DNA from: Thermoplasmata archaeon
GTDB taxonomy: Archaea; Thermoplasmatota; Thermoplasmata; UBA10834
Assembly (NCBI GenBank): GCA_041479325.1
Contig: JBGOXV010000001.1
Location: 1-50,542 of the forward strand
Reading direction: 5' to 3'
DNA: 50,542 nt
The notes under the pieces were generated by a model. That model was given only the letters and a program-made list of their open reading frames with translations. It was not told the DNA's origin and made no database searches. The position numbers were made by a program, and so were the translations under genes. This document shows, one piece after another, positions 33,754-43,005 of the stretch (positions are counted from its first letter, which is position 1; each line of letters starts with the position of its first letter).

Positions 33754-35508
33754 ATGGTCATATCGGAAAAGGGAGGTGGGATAGCGGAGGAAAATCCGAA
33801 ATCAGGGCTGGGGCAGAAGCCGCCGATCTCGAGGAAGCTCATCGCAGTCGTTTTGGTATTGATCATGGTGGCTGCATCCAGCTTCACCGTTTGGTTCGTG
33901 TTCTTCAGGAACTGGACAATCAGAGACGTTGCTGCCGCGGTCATCAACGATACCACCCCGTCGAACCCGGGGTTCAAACATTCCTTAGCAGGGAAGACGG
34001 TGACGGTTGAAGGGAAGATTACGAACATCACGATCGAGCACACGAACCAGGGGGACATCTATCTCGCCGAACTCGATGGCTTCGAAGATTTCAATCTAGT
34101 ATTCTGGGGAGGATTCCCGCACGAGATTGGAAACAGGATCACGGCTAAAGTCAGCTTTGAATGGAGCGTATGCAACGATGAGAGACACGTCTACTCGCCT
34201 CAGATCAGTTTCCCGAACATAATGTCACTCAATTCGATAGACATCATGTCGAATTCATACGATTCGGTAAATGGAGTGCTCCTGACGAAACATGAGCTGC
34301 CGAGCGGGAAAGTGAACGTTTCAGTAGACTACGTTGACGAGCCAATTCCGCTTTCAGTCGCCAATTGCTCCCTGCTCACTGGTAGAGCTAGCTGGGCCCG
34401 CGAGTTGATGGATTTCTTCGGGGCATACAAAGATAACAACAAATCCGACTACATATCAAACCTAACGCAGAACCTCGGGCCAAATGGCACGCTCGCTTTC
34501 ACAGACGCGAACTCTGACGACTATCTGGACAGAGGCGACTACTTCACGATCAGTGGACTTCCCAGACCCAGCATGGAAAGCGGAGCCTACACCTTCATGC
34601 TCTCCGTGGAATGGCGGGAGAGGCTTCCGATGCAAATCTATGACCCCTCCCGTTGGACAGAGGCCTACATAATAATGAATCATAAGGGCCTGATGAGCAT
34701 GCTGGACACGCCCGTTCAAGGTAGGCTCTTGACAACCACTCTCCATGACAAGATGAGAGGCGAACTCGCGTACCTCGAATCTTACAAGGAGGTGCCTTGG
34801 GATGATGTGAGTATCCTCCTAAGTGACGGTAACAACTACGCGACATGGAGTGTGTCTTCTGGCTCACTGAACTCGACGCACGCCATGAATGTCACCCTGC
34901 CCACAAGGCCTCTGGGGGCACTCATGATCTCGTGCAACGTGACGGATCGGGAAGGCAACGGACGATTCGATGTGTCAGATATGACAGAATTGACCTCTAT
35001 CGGCGCTACACATCTCTCGAATTCAACATCATACACGATGACAGTGCTCTACAAGCCGATGGGTACAGAGATTTGTCGTGCTAATTTCTGGCCCGAAGTC
35101 GTCCCAGTCAGCAACATGACCGCATCGATTCTCCAGGATGGACGGAGTCTCACGTTCGGACCGATGCACACGGGGCACAATCTCAGCTACTCTTCCATCG
35201 GCGTGCCTTGGGACGAAATCAGCATCGAGTTGAGCGACGGAAACCGGACGGTCAAATGGACACCGGAAGAAATGGCGCTCGGGACCGGGTCGGCTTGTAC
35301 CGAACCACTCGCAGCTTTGAGTCTTGGCAACATTACCATCCGCTGCAATATCACAGATCTAGATGGCAACGGATGGGTGAACAGAGGAGACAGATTCACG
35401 CTGCGCACGACTGGTCCAGACGAGTTCCCAACCAGTCATATCTATTCTGTGAGAGTTGCCTACGAACCGGTTCCGGGAGACGTCTTCAACTGCACATTCA
35501 GGGGATGA
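33754..35508 (+). CDS. N-terminally anchored extracytoplasmic protein with internally repeated modules (hypothetical)
   Basis: 584-aa ORF with a TM helix at LIAVVLVLIMVAASSFTVWFVFF. Two clearly related modules are VPWDDVSILLSDGNNYATW...ISCNVTDREGNGRFDVSDMTEL and VPWDEISIELSDGNRTVKW...IRCNITDLDGNGWVNRGDRFTL. An earlier, weaker copy is TDANSDDYLDRGDYFTI. Confidence 0.7.
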   Translation: MVISEKGGGIAEENPKSGLGQKPPISRKLIAVVLVLIMVAASSFTVWFVFFRNWTIRDVAAAVINDTTPSNPGFKHSLAGKTVTVEGKITNITIEHTNQGDIYLAELDGFEDFNLVFWGGFPHEIGNRITAKVSFEWSVCNDERHVYSPQISFPNIMSLNSIDIMSNSYDSVNGVLLTKHELPSGKVNVSVDYVDEPIPLSVANCSLLTGRASWARELMDFFGAYKDNNKSDYISNLTQNLGPNGTLAFTDANSDDYLDRGDYFTISGLPRPSMESGAYTFMLSVEWRERLPMQIYDPSRWTEAYIIMNHKGLMSMLDTPVQGRLLTTTLHDKMRGELAYLESYKEVPWDDVSILLSDGNNYATWSVSSGSLNSTHAMNVTLPTRPLGALMISCNVTDREGNGRFDVSDMTELTSIGATHLSNSTSYTMTVLYKPMGTEICRANFWPEVVPVSNMTASILQDGRSLTFGPMHTGHNLSYSSIGVPWDEISIELSDGNRTVKWTPEEMALGTGSACTEPLAALSLGNITIRCNITDLDGNGWVNRGDRFTLRTTGPDEFPTSHIYSVRVAYEPVPGDVFNCTFRG

Positions 35509-35624
35509 ATCGGCCTCTTTTGGGGACTCCTGCTGATGGTCAGATGGAAGGACAAATACGAACCGGATCTCAGCAATCTCTTCGGAACAGCAGCACTCAA
35601 GCTCGGCTGACACACGCCCGTTCT

Positions 35625-35906
35625 CTACCGCTGATCGACTATCTTGATCAGGTGATACCCGAATTGCGTCTTTACGGGTCCGACGATCGCGCCCTTCTCG
35701 CTGCAGAAGCACGCTTCGTCGAATTCCTTGACCATCTGCCCACGGCCGAACCATCCGAGGTCGCCGCCCTTCTTGCCTGATGGGCAATCAGAATGCTTCT
35801 TGGCCAGGTCACCGAAGTTCTCCCCGGAGTTTATCTTTGTCAGAAGATCCCTTGCCTTGTCCTCGTTCTTAACCAGAATGTGCGCTGCATGGACTTGCTT
35901 TGCCAT
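35625..35906 (-). CDS. Parvulin-type peptidyl-prolyl cis-trans isomerase
   Basis: The 93-aa protein has HILV...A..L...I..G.NFGDLAKKHSDCPSGKKGGDLGWFGRGQMVKEFD...GPVKTQFGYHLIK, the single-domain parvulin (Par10/PinA-like) signature. Confidence 0.9.
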   Translation of the reverse strand: MAKQVHAAHILVKNEDKARDLLTKINSGENFGDLAKKHSDCPSGKKGGDLGWFGRGQMVKEFDEACFCSEKGAIVGPVKTQFGYHLIKIVDQR

Positions 35907-35957
35907 ATCGCGTTGAACGAAGTCGAGGCATAAGAAACTTCTTGGGCAACCCGAGGC

Positions 35958-36233
35958 CTATGGCTTTCCTCTCGTCGCTCTCTTCTTGACCTCGTGCTCA
36001 TACTGACGCCAAGCGTGGTCCCAATCAAGGTCGATCTGCTGTAGCCTAATCAAGACCGCAGCCCTTATGTCAGCGCTTGTCGTGTTCTCCTTGAGGTCAG
36101 GGCTGACCCGGATCTCCTGTGCGATCCGCTTCGCAACGACATCTGGCGCCCCTGTCTTGGTCACGCTCAGGGTGATCTTCTCCGCGGAAAATGCCTCTTT
36201 CGAACCGTCCCTCTTAACAACCGTTCGGATCAT
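35958..36233 (-). CDS. Stand-alone ATP-cone domain protein
   Basis: MIRTVVKRDGSKEAFSAEKITLSV... matches the ATP-cone opening V.KRDG..E.F...KI. It is 91 aa, with no attached zinc ribbon or reductase domain. Confidence 0.65.
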   Translation of the reverse strand: MIRTVVKRDGSKEAFSAEKITLSVTKTGAPDVVAKRIAQEIRVSPDLKENTTSADIRAAVLIRLQQIDLDWDHAWRQYEHEVKKRATRGKP

Positions 36234-36401
36234 GCGTACCCGTCACGCAAAGACTCTACATGCGGCTTATATCTATTGCCCCTTACGAGCCCATCGCTCA
36301 GTCTCAAGAGCAATACACAGGTCCTTACTGCAGACCTCGGGCGCGGACGAAGGAAGTGAAGGAAGGGCTCAACAATTGCGCTCTGGTGTACGATGCGAAT
36401 G

Positions 36402-36422
36402 TATAAATTTAGGTACGCCTAA
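36402..36422 (+). promoter_or_regulatory. TATA box plus iron-box-like inverted repeat upstream of the dtxR-family gene
   Basis: TATAAATTT (36402-36410) overlaps TTAGGTACGCCTAA (36409-36422), in which TTAGG and CCTAA are reverse complements, resembling half-sites of the DtxR/IdeR box TTAGGTTAGGCTAACCTAA. The ATG at 36433 is about 27 nt from the TATA centre, suggesting a leaderless or near-leaderless mRNA. Confidence 0.45.
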
Positions 36423-36432
36423 TTCTCTTGCG

Positions 36433-37101
36433 ATGGACCCCGAGATAGTCGAGCAGTATCTCAAGATAATCTACAAACTCACAGAGGGGGGCGGACAAGC
36501 TAAGACCTCCGACATCGCGGCAGAGCTGGATGTGGCCCCTGCCAGTGTCACCGAGATGCTCCACAAACTCTCCGCAAAAGGATACATCAAGCATGAACCG
36601 TACCGGGGCGTGGCCCTCAAGCCGAAGGGCAAGAGGATCGCCACGAAAGTGACCCGAAAACACCGGTTGCTAGAGCGCTTTCTGACGGATTTCATCGGCT
36701 TGAAAGGGCCGACCACGCACCAACAGGCGTGCAAGATGGAGCATGCCCTCACGGACGAGGCGGAACAGAGCCTCTGCAGGATGATGCAGCATCCAGACAA
36801 ATGCCCGGACGGACGTGAAATTCCGAAGTGTGAGAGAGGAATCTCATGCGACAAGTGCACGAGCTGCGATGTTCCCCTTTCTGAGATGAGAGAGGGAGAG
36901 ACCGCCGTGGTATCGCACCTGATCTCGAGGGACAACGACGAGCTGTGCTCCATGTTGTCCATGGGCTTCGTTCCCGGCAGCGAGATAAGGATCGAGAAGA
37001 GGGTCCCCATGGGAGGACCGATAATCATCAACCTGAAGGGGACGAAGGTCGCCCTCTCCCGCACCCGAGGGGACGTCCTCCACGTCATAAGAGCGGGATA
37101 A
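36433..37101 (+). CDS. DtxR/MntR-family metal-dependent transcriptional regulator with a C-terminal FeoA/SH3-like domain
   Basis: The start was set at MDPEIVEQYLKIIYKL. It has a wHTH (TSDIAAELDVAPASVTEMLHKLSAKGYI), the dimerisation/metal region RKHRLLERFL...CKMEH, a Cys-rich linker, and a FeoA-like end (LSEMREGETAVVSHL...GFVPGSEIRIEKRVPMGGPIIINLKGTKVAL). The long track ORF from 36067 overlaps the ATP-cone gene on the other strand. Confidence 0.85.
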   Translation: MDPEIVEQYLKIIYKLTEGGGQAKTSDIAAELDVAPASVTEMLHKLSAKGYIKHEPYRGVALKPKGKRIATKVTRKHRLLERFLTDFIGLKGPTTHQQACKMEHALTDEAEQSLCRMMQHPDKCPDGREIPKCERGISCDKCTSCDVPLSEMREGETAVVSHLISRDNDELCSMLSMGFVPGSEIRIEKRVPMGGPIIINLKGTKVALSRTRGDVLHVIRAG

Positions 37102-37113
37102 GGAGGGGAGTCT

Positions 37114-39021
37114 TTGGAGATCGCCCTGGCTGGCAACCCCAATGTGGGCAAGAGCATGCTCTTCAGCCAGCTCACCGGAGTTGGCGTGATCGCGTCCAAC
37201 TATCCCGGGACAACAGTAGAGTATTCTGAAGCCAAGGCCAAGTTCATGGGTCTCACACTGACCATCGTGGACCTGCCCGGGACCTATTCGCTAGCTGGCA
37301 ACTCTGACGACGAGCGCGTGGCCACCAGATTGCTCACGGAGAGGAGGTCGGATTCCGTGATAGCGGTCTTGGACGCGACGAGGCTCGAGCGCAACCTCGT
37401 ATTCCTCTTCGAGCTAATCGAGGCTGGGTACAACGTGGTTGCTGCTCTGAACATGTACGACGTTCTGAGGAGGAGCAAGCTCGAGGTGGACGTTCCCAAG
37501 CTGGAACGCATACTCATGATGCCGGTCATTCCCACGGTCGCGACCAAGGGGGAGGGCGTCGACTCGTTGCTCTACACCTCCGTGCAGATAAGGCGGAGGA
37601 GCGGGTTCGCCGTAAGGTACGATTCGCATATTGAAGGGATGATCAAGGAGCTCGAGAAGATCATACCTTCTGAGGAGGTGGGTCCGCCCGTCAGAAGCGT
37701 GGCGATCCGGCTCCTCATGGGGGAACAGAGCGTAATCGGGAAAGCAAGCGTCGAGGCGCAACAGCTCTCTGAGAGGCTCAGGAACGAGTTCCGCCGGACA
37801 CATGGTGAGGACATCGTGGTCCACATCCAGAGGGACCGGTTCGGGGAGGCTGGAAGGATTGCAGGAGAGGTCCTCGGGAAAGCCGCGACCTACAGGACCC
37901 GGAAGAGCATAGCGAAGGACATCACCCTGAGACCCGCCACCGGCATCCCGATTCTCTTCGGCGTGTTGGCGCTAATGTTCGTCATCCTTGTGTTCTTCGG
38001 TGGGTTGCTGGAGGGAGTCCTCGTGCACTTCTATGAAAGCACGGGAGGTATCTTCTTCACTGATCTAGGGACCCAGACCGGGAATCATCTGGCATCTGGC
38101 ATCCTGCAGGGAATCTCGCTCAGCATAGAGGCGATGCTCGCACTTGTGATCCCTTACATCCTTGTGTTCTATGTCATGCTGTCCGTCCTTGAAGACACTG
38201 GATACCTCGTCAGAGTGGTCTCGCTTCTGGATGGTGTCATGCACAGGCTCGGACTCCACGGGAGGGCAGTCATCCCCATGGTGGTCGGCTTCGGCTGCAA
38301 TGTCCCGGCCCTACTGTCCACTAGAACAATGGGCTCTAGAAGAGAACGGCTCATCCTCGCCACACTGATCACTATCGCGGTCCCGTGCTCCGCGCAGACC
38401 GCGATCATCATCGGCTCCGTGGGCAAGTTCGCGGGAGCATGGTGGGCGCTCCTGATCTACGTAATCCTGATGGGGATGCTCGTCTTGCTCGGGCTCGCCC
38501 TCCACAAGGCGATCAAGTTCGAACCTACTGGAATGTGCATCGAGATACCCGACATGAGATGGCCGTCCGCCAAGCAGTCCGCGATCAAGACCTACATCAG
38601 ACTGAAAGAGTTCCTCACAATCGCCTTCCCGCTATTGCTGGCAGGGAGCATAGTCATCGAAACGCTCCTAGCGTACGGCGTGTTGCAGACGCTGCTGCGT
38701 CCAGTCGCGCCGGTCATGATCTCCGTGCTCGGCCTGCCGTCGATCGCGGCGGTCGCACTGGTGTTCGGTGTGCTAAGGAAGGAGATGGCGCTCCAGATGC
38801 TCATGGTCCTCAGCGGCGTGGGCAATCTGTCTCTTGTACTCTCCAATCATCAGATGTTCGTCTTCGCGCTGGTGATGGCCATCTTCATGCCGTGCATCGC
38901 CGCGTTCGCGGTCATGCTAAAGGAATTCGGACTCAAGAGCACCGTCGGCGTGGCCGCCGCCTCGATGACCCTGGCCATCGCGATGGGTGCCTTCGCCAAC
39001 CTTCTGTTGAAGCTGAGCTGA
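37114..39021 (+). CDS. feoB: Ferrous iron transporter FeoB
   Basis: It has a TTG start 5 nt after AGGAGGGG. The N-terminal G domain has IALAGNPNVGKS and DLPGTYSL. The C-terminal polytopic gate region is typical of FeoB. It begins 12 nt downstream of the dtxR-feoA fusion gene. Confidence 0.95.
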   Translation: MEIALAGNPNVGKSMLFSQLTGVGVIASNYPGTTVEYSEAKAKFMGLTLTIVDLPGTYSLAGNSDDERVATRLLTERRSDSVIAVLDATRLERNLVFLFELIEAGYNVVAALNMYDVLRRSKLEVDVPKLERILMMPVIPTVATKGEGVDSLLYTSVQIRRRSGFAVRYDSHIEGMIKELEKIIPSEEVGPPVRSVAIRLLMGEQSVIGKASVEAQQLSERLRNEFRRTHGEDIVVHIQRDRFGEAGRIAGEVLGKAATYRTRKSIAKDITLRPATGIPILFGVLALMFVILVFFGGLLEGVLVHFYESTGGIFFTDLGTQTGNHLASGILQGISLSIEAMLALVIPYILVFYVMLSVLEDTGYLVRVVSLLDGVMHRLGLHGRAVIPMVVGFGCNVPALLSTRTMGSRRERLILATLITIAVPCSAQTAIIIGSVGKFAGAWWALLIYVILMGMLVLLGLALHKAIKFEPTGMCIEIPDMRWPSAKQSAIKTYIRLKEFLTIAFPLLLAGSIVIETLLAYGVLQTLLRPVAPVMISVLGLPSIAAVALVFGVLRKEMALQMLMVLSGVGNLSLVLSNHQMFVFALVMAIFMPCIAAFAVMLKEFGLKSTVGVAAASMTLAIAMGAFANLLLKLS

Positions 39022-39030
39022 GCGCGGGCT

Positions 39031-40206
39031 CTAGCGGACGAACTGCGACTGGTCCGCGTCAGAGTGGATCTGGTTAGGGAGGTTCACTTGTCCCTGGTAG
39101 TCCTCCGTGGTCCTGGAGAGCACGGGCTCGTTGCCGTCTCTGAGAAGGACATACTGCGACTTCGCCCCAGTAACGATTAGGAGGAGCCTGACCTTGCCCT
39201 GCATTTCCTTCTCGACTGAGCAGCCCCAGATGAGCCTCGAGTCTGGCTTTATCTTGCTCGAGATTATTTCGGCGGCCTTCGCGGCCTCCTCGATGTTCAT
39301 GTCCGGCCCGCCGACGACCCGGACCAGCGCGCCTCGGGCATCCCTCAGGTCGATCTTCCCGAGAAGTGGGGAATCCAGAGCCTCGTCAACGGCATCCTGT
39401 ATCCTCTCTCCTGGCTTGCCTTCGGCCTCACCCACGCCGATCAAAGAGACCCCGCCTTCGTTGAGTATGGTCCTCAGGTCGGCGTAGTCGACGTTCACGA
39501 GACCTGCGCGGGTCAACATCTCGGTAAGCCCACCGATGGTCTGCATCAACAACTCGTCCGCAACCTTGAAGGCCGCCTGGACTGGAAGATTCGGAACTAG
39601 CTCGATTAGGGTGTCGTTGGGAATGACGATCGTAGTGTCGCAGAGCTTCGCCAGCTTTGCGAGCCACGACATGGCGTTCTCCATCCTCATCTCGCCCTCT
39701 GACCTGAACGGGAGCGTCACGACACCTATGGTGAGCGCGCGTGTGGTCTCCTTCGCGATACGAGCGACCACCGTCGAGCTGGCAGTGCCCGTGCCTCCGC
39801 CCATCCCCGCGGTGACGAACACTATCTGGGCATCCTTGAGGAATTCCTTGATATCCAGCTCGTTCTCCATCGCGGCCTTCTCGCCGACCTCGGGTCTGGC
39901 ACCGGCCCCCAAGCCTCGCGTGGTCGTCTTTCCGATAAGGATCTTCCGCGGCGATCTGATCGTGAGGAGATGCTTCGCATCCGTGTTGAGGGCAAGCATC
40001 TCGACGTTGGAAAGGCGGCTCTCGATGCATCGGTTCACCGTGTTGCAACCCGCGCCCCCGCATCCGATCAACTTTATGCAGATATCGAGCTGACTCGCAA
40101 TCTTCTCAAGCTCAAGGTCATCCGCGCTCTTTGGTTGCGCCTGCAGAGGCTGGTCGGTAGTGGCTGATGCTCCGCTAAGTGCACCTTCAATGAGACTCTT
40201 TGGCAT
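39031..40206 (-). CDS. ftsZ: Cell division protein FtsZ
   Basis: The start was set at MPKSLIEG (ATG 40206). Signatures are IKLIGCGGAGCN, NTD, the tubulin signature GMGGGTGTAS, and T7-loop region PNDTL. An ATTATATAC box lies about 35-45 nt upstream. The track ORF extension to 40419 runs across the tRNA-Thr. Confidence 0.95.
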   Translation of the reverse strand: MPKSLIEGALSGASATTDQPLQAQPKSADDLELEKIASQLDICIKLIGCGGAGCNTVNRCIESRLSNVEMLALNTDAKHLLTIRSPRKILIGKTTTRGLGAGARPEVGEKAAMENELDIKEFLKDAQIVFVTAGMGGGTGTASSTVVARIAKETTRALTIGVVTLPFRSEGEMRMENAMSWLAKLAKLCDTTIVIPNDTLIELVPNLPVQAAFKVADELLMQTIGGLTEMLTRAGLVNVDYADLRTILNEGGVSLIGVGEAEGKPGERIQDAVDEALDSPLLGKIDLRDARGALVRVVGGPDMNIEEAAKAAEIISSKIKPDSRLIWGCSVEKEMQGKVRLLLIVTGAKSQYVLLRDGNEPVLSRTTEDYQGQVNLPNQIHSDADQSQFVR

Positions 40207-40376
40207 AGTGCATCCCTGTACGTACGTGGGAGCGCCAAGTATATAATTGATGTCCCTTCGCTGGCCAGGCCACGCCCGCGCATCCGCGATGGCGCGCGCG
40301 GACGGACACGCGCCAGATGCCATCCTCGATGATTTTCGCGTGATGATCTCCCTGAAAAACGATGGGAAAATCGGAA

Positions 40377-40450
40377 GAGCCACTGGAGGGAATCGAACCC
40401 TCGACCTACGCCTTACCAAGGCGTCGCTATACCTCTAAGCCACAGTGGCT
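40377..40450 (-). tRNA. tRNA-Thr (anticodon GGT)
   Basis: The reverse complement is AGCCACTGTGGCTTAGAGGTATAGCGACGCCTTGGTAAGGCGTAGGTCGAGGGTTCGATTCCCTCCAGTGGCTC. The acceptor is AGCCACT/AGTGGCT, the anticodon stem ACGCC/GGCGT has loop TTGGTAA, and the T arm is GAGGG-TTCGATT-CCCTC. No CCA is encoded. Confidence 0.9.
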
Positions 40451-40577
40451 TTGATGTCCGGCCGCAAGGCATCTTGCCCTGTGTATTAAAAGGTTGTTGG
40501 ATTCATGGTATCCATGATTCGTGCGCATCTGGACCCGCCCAAAACCGATCCCTTGGCATCGTGACAATTCGGATTCG

Positions 40578-41000
40578 TCATAGGAGGTAATTGATTATGT
40601 AGAAGGCCTCGCCCGTGAAGAATGCGACAAACCAGAGCACATAGAGGATCGGGGTGGTCTTCGTATGGAGATTGCTTCTCTTTTGAGTCCTCCATTGCAA
40701 CAATCCTGTTCCCAGGACGATGAATTCGAGCAGGATCACAATTACGGCAATAATGCCGTGCACGGCACCAGCGATTAGCATAGCGCCGGTGACCTGGCTG
40801 GCGACTCTGGAGAGCATGTAGACGAGGGATACGCTAAGGTCCCAGAGGATCCCGACCGTCCCGGTCACCTTGTGATATGGAAGATGCCTCTTCCCGCTGA
40901 AATAGGCATGCGTGAAGAGGAATGCAACTGGTATCAAAGCGATTGCAATGAAGGTGCTCACGAAGGGCGCTGCGCTCATGCACCCGTGCAAGACACCCAT
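40578..41000 (-). CDS. Small integral membrane protein (about 4 TM, hypothetical)
   Basis: 140-aa hydrophobic ORF with four helix-length segments. No confident family assignment. The start is uncertain (Met at 41000 or the eighth-codon Met). Confidence 0.5.
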   Translation of the reverse strand: MGVLHGCMSAAPFVSTFIAIALIPVAFLFTHAYFSGKRHLPYHKVTGTVGILWDLSVSLVYMLSRVASQVTGAMLIAGAVHGIIAVIVILLEFIVLGTGLLQWRTQKRSNLHTKTTPILYVLWFVAFFTGEAFYIINYLL

Positions 41001-41091
41001 TGATAATCTACTTTACTGTAGACATTGGGACAACGTGAGGGTCGAATGCCCTCCGCATCTTTTATTAGAGCACACAGGAATGGTTCGACGA

Positions 41092-43005
41092 ATGAAAGAG
41101 TCGGAAAGCAGCTTTGATGTCATGGCCTCCGTCAGGGACCTCCAGGCACTCGTCGGAGGCTATGTCGACAAGATCTATCATCCAACGCTCGATCATCTCA
41201 TCCTATCCGTCAGGACCCCGGGCGAAGGCAAGACGTTCATCCACTTCAAGGTGGGTAGGTGGCTGTACGTGTCTGGAGCAGGACAGGAAGGCGGAAAGCA
41301 ACCGTCCGATTTTGCCATGATGCTCAGGAAAAGGCTGACCAATGCGAAGATCAGCGCCATCAGGCAGCAGGGCTTCGACAGGATTGCGGTCATCACCCTT
41401 GAGAAGGAAGGGACTTGGGAGCTCGTGCTCGAGTTATTCGCCGAGGGGAACATTATCCTGGTCAAGGACGGGGTCATCGTCCAACCCTTGACGAGCCATA
41501 CCTGGAAGCACAGGGACGTCAGAGCGAAACGCGAATTCCTGTTCCCGCCTCCCGTGCCCGATCCGTCTTCGATCTCCGCCGAGGACCTCTTCAAGTTCCT
41601 GACGACCTCCGATACTGACCTGGTGAGAACCTTGGCGACCAGGCTCAACACCGGGGGAAGATATAGCGAGGAGATCTGCGCGAAGGCGGCCGTTGACAAA
41701 AGGAGGATGGCGAATGAGCTCACTATCGAAGAAGTCCGCGCGATCCTCGAGGTCGTGAGGCAGATCCAAGGCGACATTCTCTCGAAAGGCGCTGGACTGA
41801 TAATCAAGAAGGAATCCATCATCGAGGACGTAGTGCCGTTCAGGATGCTGATCTACGACAATCTGCCGACGGAGCAGTTCAAGACATTCTCCGAAGCCGT
41901 GGAGACCTACATCACTAGACTGCCAAAACCCAAGAAGGAGAAACCGAAGGAATCTGTGCTCGAATCAGAGCGACTCGACAGGAAGTTGCATCAGCAGGAA
42001 TCAGCCGTCATCAAACTCCAGGACGAGGCGAGGGAGGAGCAGCTGATGGGAGATTTCCTGTTCGAAAATTACCCATTCATCACAAGCATCCTATCCCTGG
42101 CGAAGAAGAACCTTGCCGAATCGACTCCCTTGGACGGAATCGAGGGTTTTGTCTCGTACGACGGGAAGAGCTCAATTCTCAAAGTGAAAATGAGGAATGT
42201 GCTCGTCGAGCTCGATGCGAAAGGCTCGGTAGAATCCAATGCTCAGCTGTACTACGAGGAGTCCAAGAAGGCCAGGAGAAAACTAGAAGGGTTGCTCGTC
42301 GCGCTCGGGGAAACCAGGAAATCCATAGACGACTTCGTCAAGGGGCAGACGAAACTCGCGAACGTCACCCGTCCGAAGCACGCCGAGACCAAGAGATTCT
42401 GGTTCGAGAGATTCAGGTGGTTCATCTCGAGCGAAGGTGCGATCGTCCTGGGCGGCAAGGACGCGAAGAGCAACGACATGCTGGTGAAGAAGCACCTCCA
42501 GGCGGGGGACCGGTATGTACACGCGGACATCCACGGTGCACCAAGCGTGGTCGTCAAGATGAAGGAAGGAATAACGGAGAAGACGCTCCACGAAGCCTGC
42601 GAATTCGCCGTGGCAACATCGAAGGCCTGGAACGCGAAGGTGGGTTCAGGAGTTGGATACTGGGTCCTTCCGGAGCAGGTAAGCAAAACGCCTGAGAGCG
42701 GCGAGTCTCTCGCGAGAGGGGCGTTCGTCATCAGGGGAAAGCGCAACTACTCCGAGAAACTCGAGATCAAGCTCGGGATAGGCGAGATGGAATTCGAGGG
42801 GCATAGGAAGATAATGTGCGGCCCGGAAGGGGCCCTCAGAGCACGCTCGAACAGGTTTGCCATAATCAGACCGGGCCAGATGGACAAGGACGCATTCGCG
42901 AAGAACCTGGTAGGAGTGTTCGCGGTGCCAATCGAAGAGATTCAGAGCATCCTTCCGCCGGGCGATGTCAAGGTCGTAGAGCAGGTAGGACTCGTCATGC
43001 CTTGA
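41092..43005 (+). CDS. NFACT-family protein (archaeal Rqc2/RqcH/FbpA homologue)
   Basis: It opens MKESESSFDVMASVRDLQALVGGYVDKIY...HLILSV. The middle is coiled-coil. The C-terminal NFACT-R-like region has FWFERFRWFISSEGAIVLGGKDAKSNDMLVKKHLQAGDRYVHADIHGAPSVVVK. A TTTTATTAG box about 25-30 nt upstream of ATG 41092 suggests a leaderless start. ATG 41080 is an alternative. Confidence 0.8.
   Translation: MKESESSFDVMASVRDLQALVGGYVDKIYHPTLDHLILSVRTPGEGKTFIHFKVGRWLYVSGAGQEGGKQPSDFAMMLRKRLTNAKISAIRQQGFDRIAVITLEKEGTWELVLELFAEGNIILVKDGVIVQPLTSHTWKHRDVRAKREFLFPPPVPDPSSISAEDLFKFLTTSDTDLVRTLATRLNTGGRYSEEICAKAAVDKRRMANELTIEEVRAILEVVRQIQGDILSKGAGLIIKKESIIEDVVPFRMLIYDNLPTEQFKTFSEAVETYITRLPKPKKEKPKESVLESERLDRKLHQQESAVIKLQDEAREEQLMGDFLFENYPFITSILSLAKKNLAESTPLDGIEGFVSYDGKSSILKVKMRNVLVELDAKGSVESNAQLYYEESKKARRKLEGLLVALGETRKSIDDFVKGQTKLANVTRPKHAETKRFWFERFRWFISSEGAIVLGGKDAKSNDMLVKKHLQAGDRYVHADIHGAPSVVVKMKEGITEKTLHEACEFAVATSKAWNAKVGSGVGYWVLPEQVSKTPESGESLARGAFVIRGKRNYSEKLEIKLGIGEMEFEGHRKIMCGPEGALRARSNRFAIIRPGQMDKDAFAKNLVGVFAVPIEEIQSILPPGDVKVVEQVGLVMP

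Noticed and set aside
36067-36432. N-terminal 122-codon extension of the DtxR ORF
   Set aside because: It overlaps the ATP-cone gene on the opposite strand and the TATA/operator region. DtxR homology starts at MDPEIVEQYL.
40207-40419. N-terminal 71-codon extension of the FtsZ ORF
   Set aside because: The extension runs through the tRNA-Thr gene and a TATA-like box. FtsZ homology begins only after Met-72 (MPKSLIEG).
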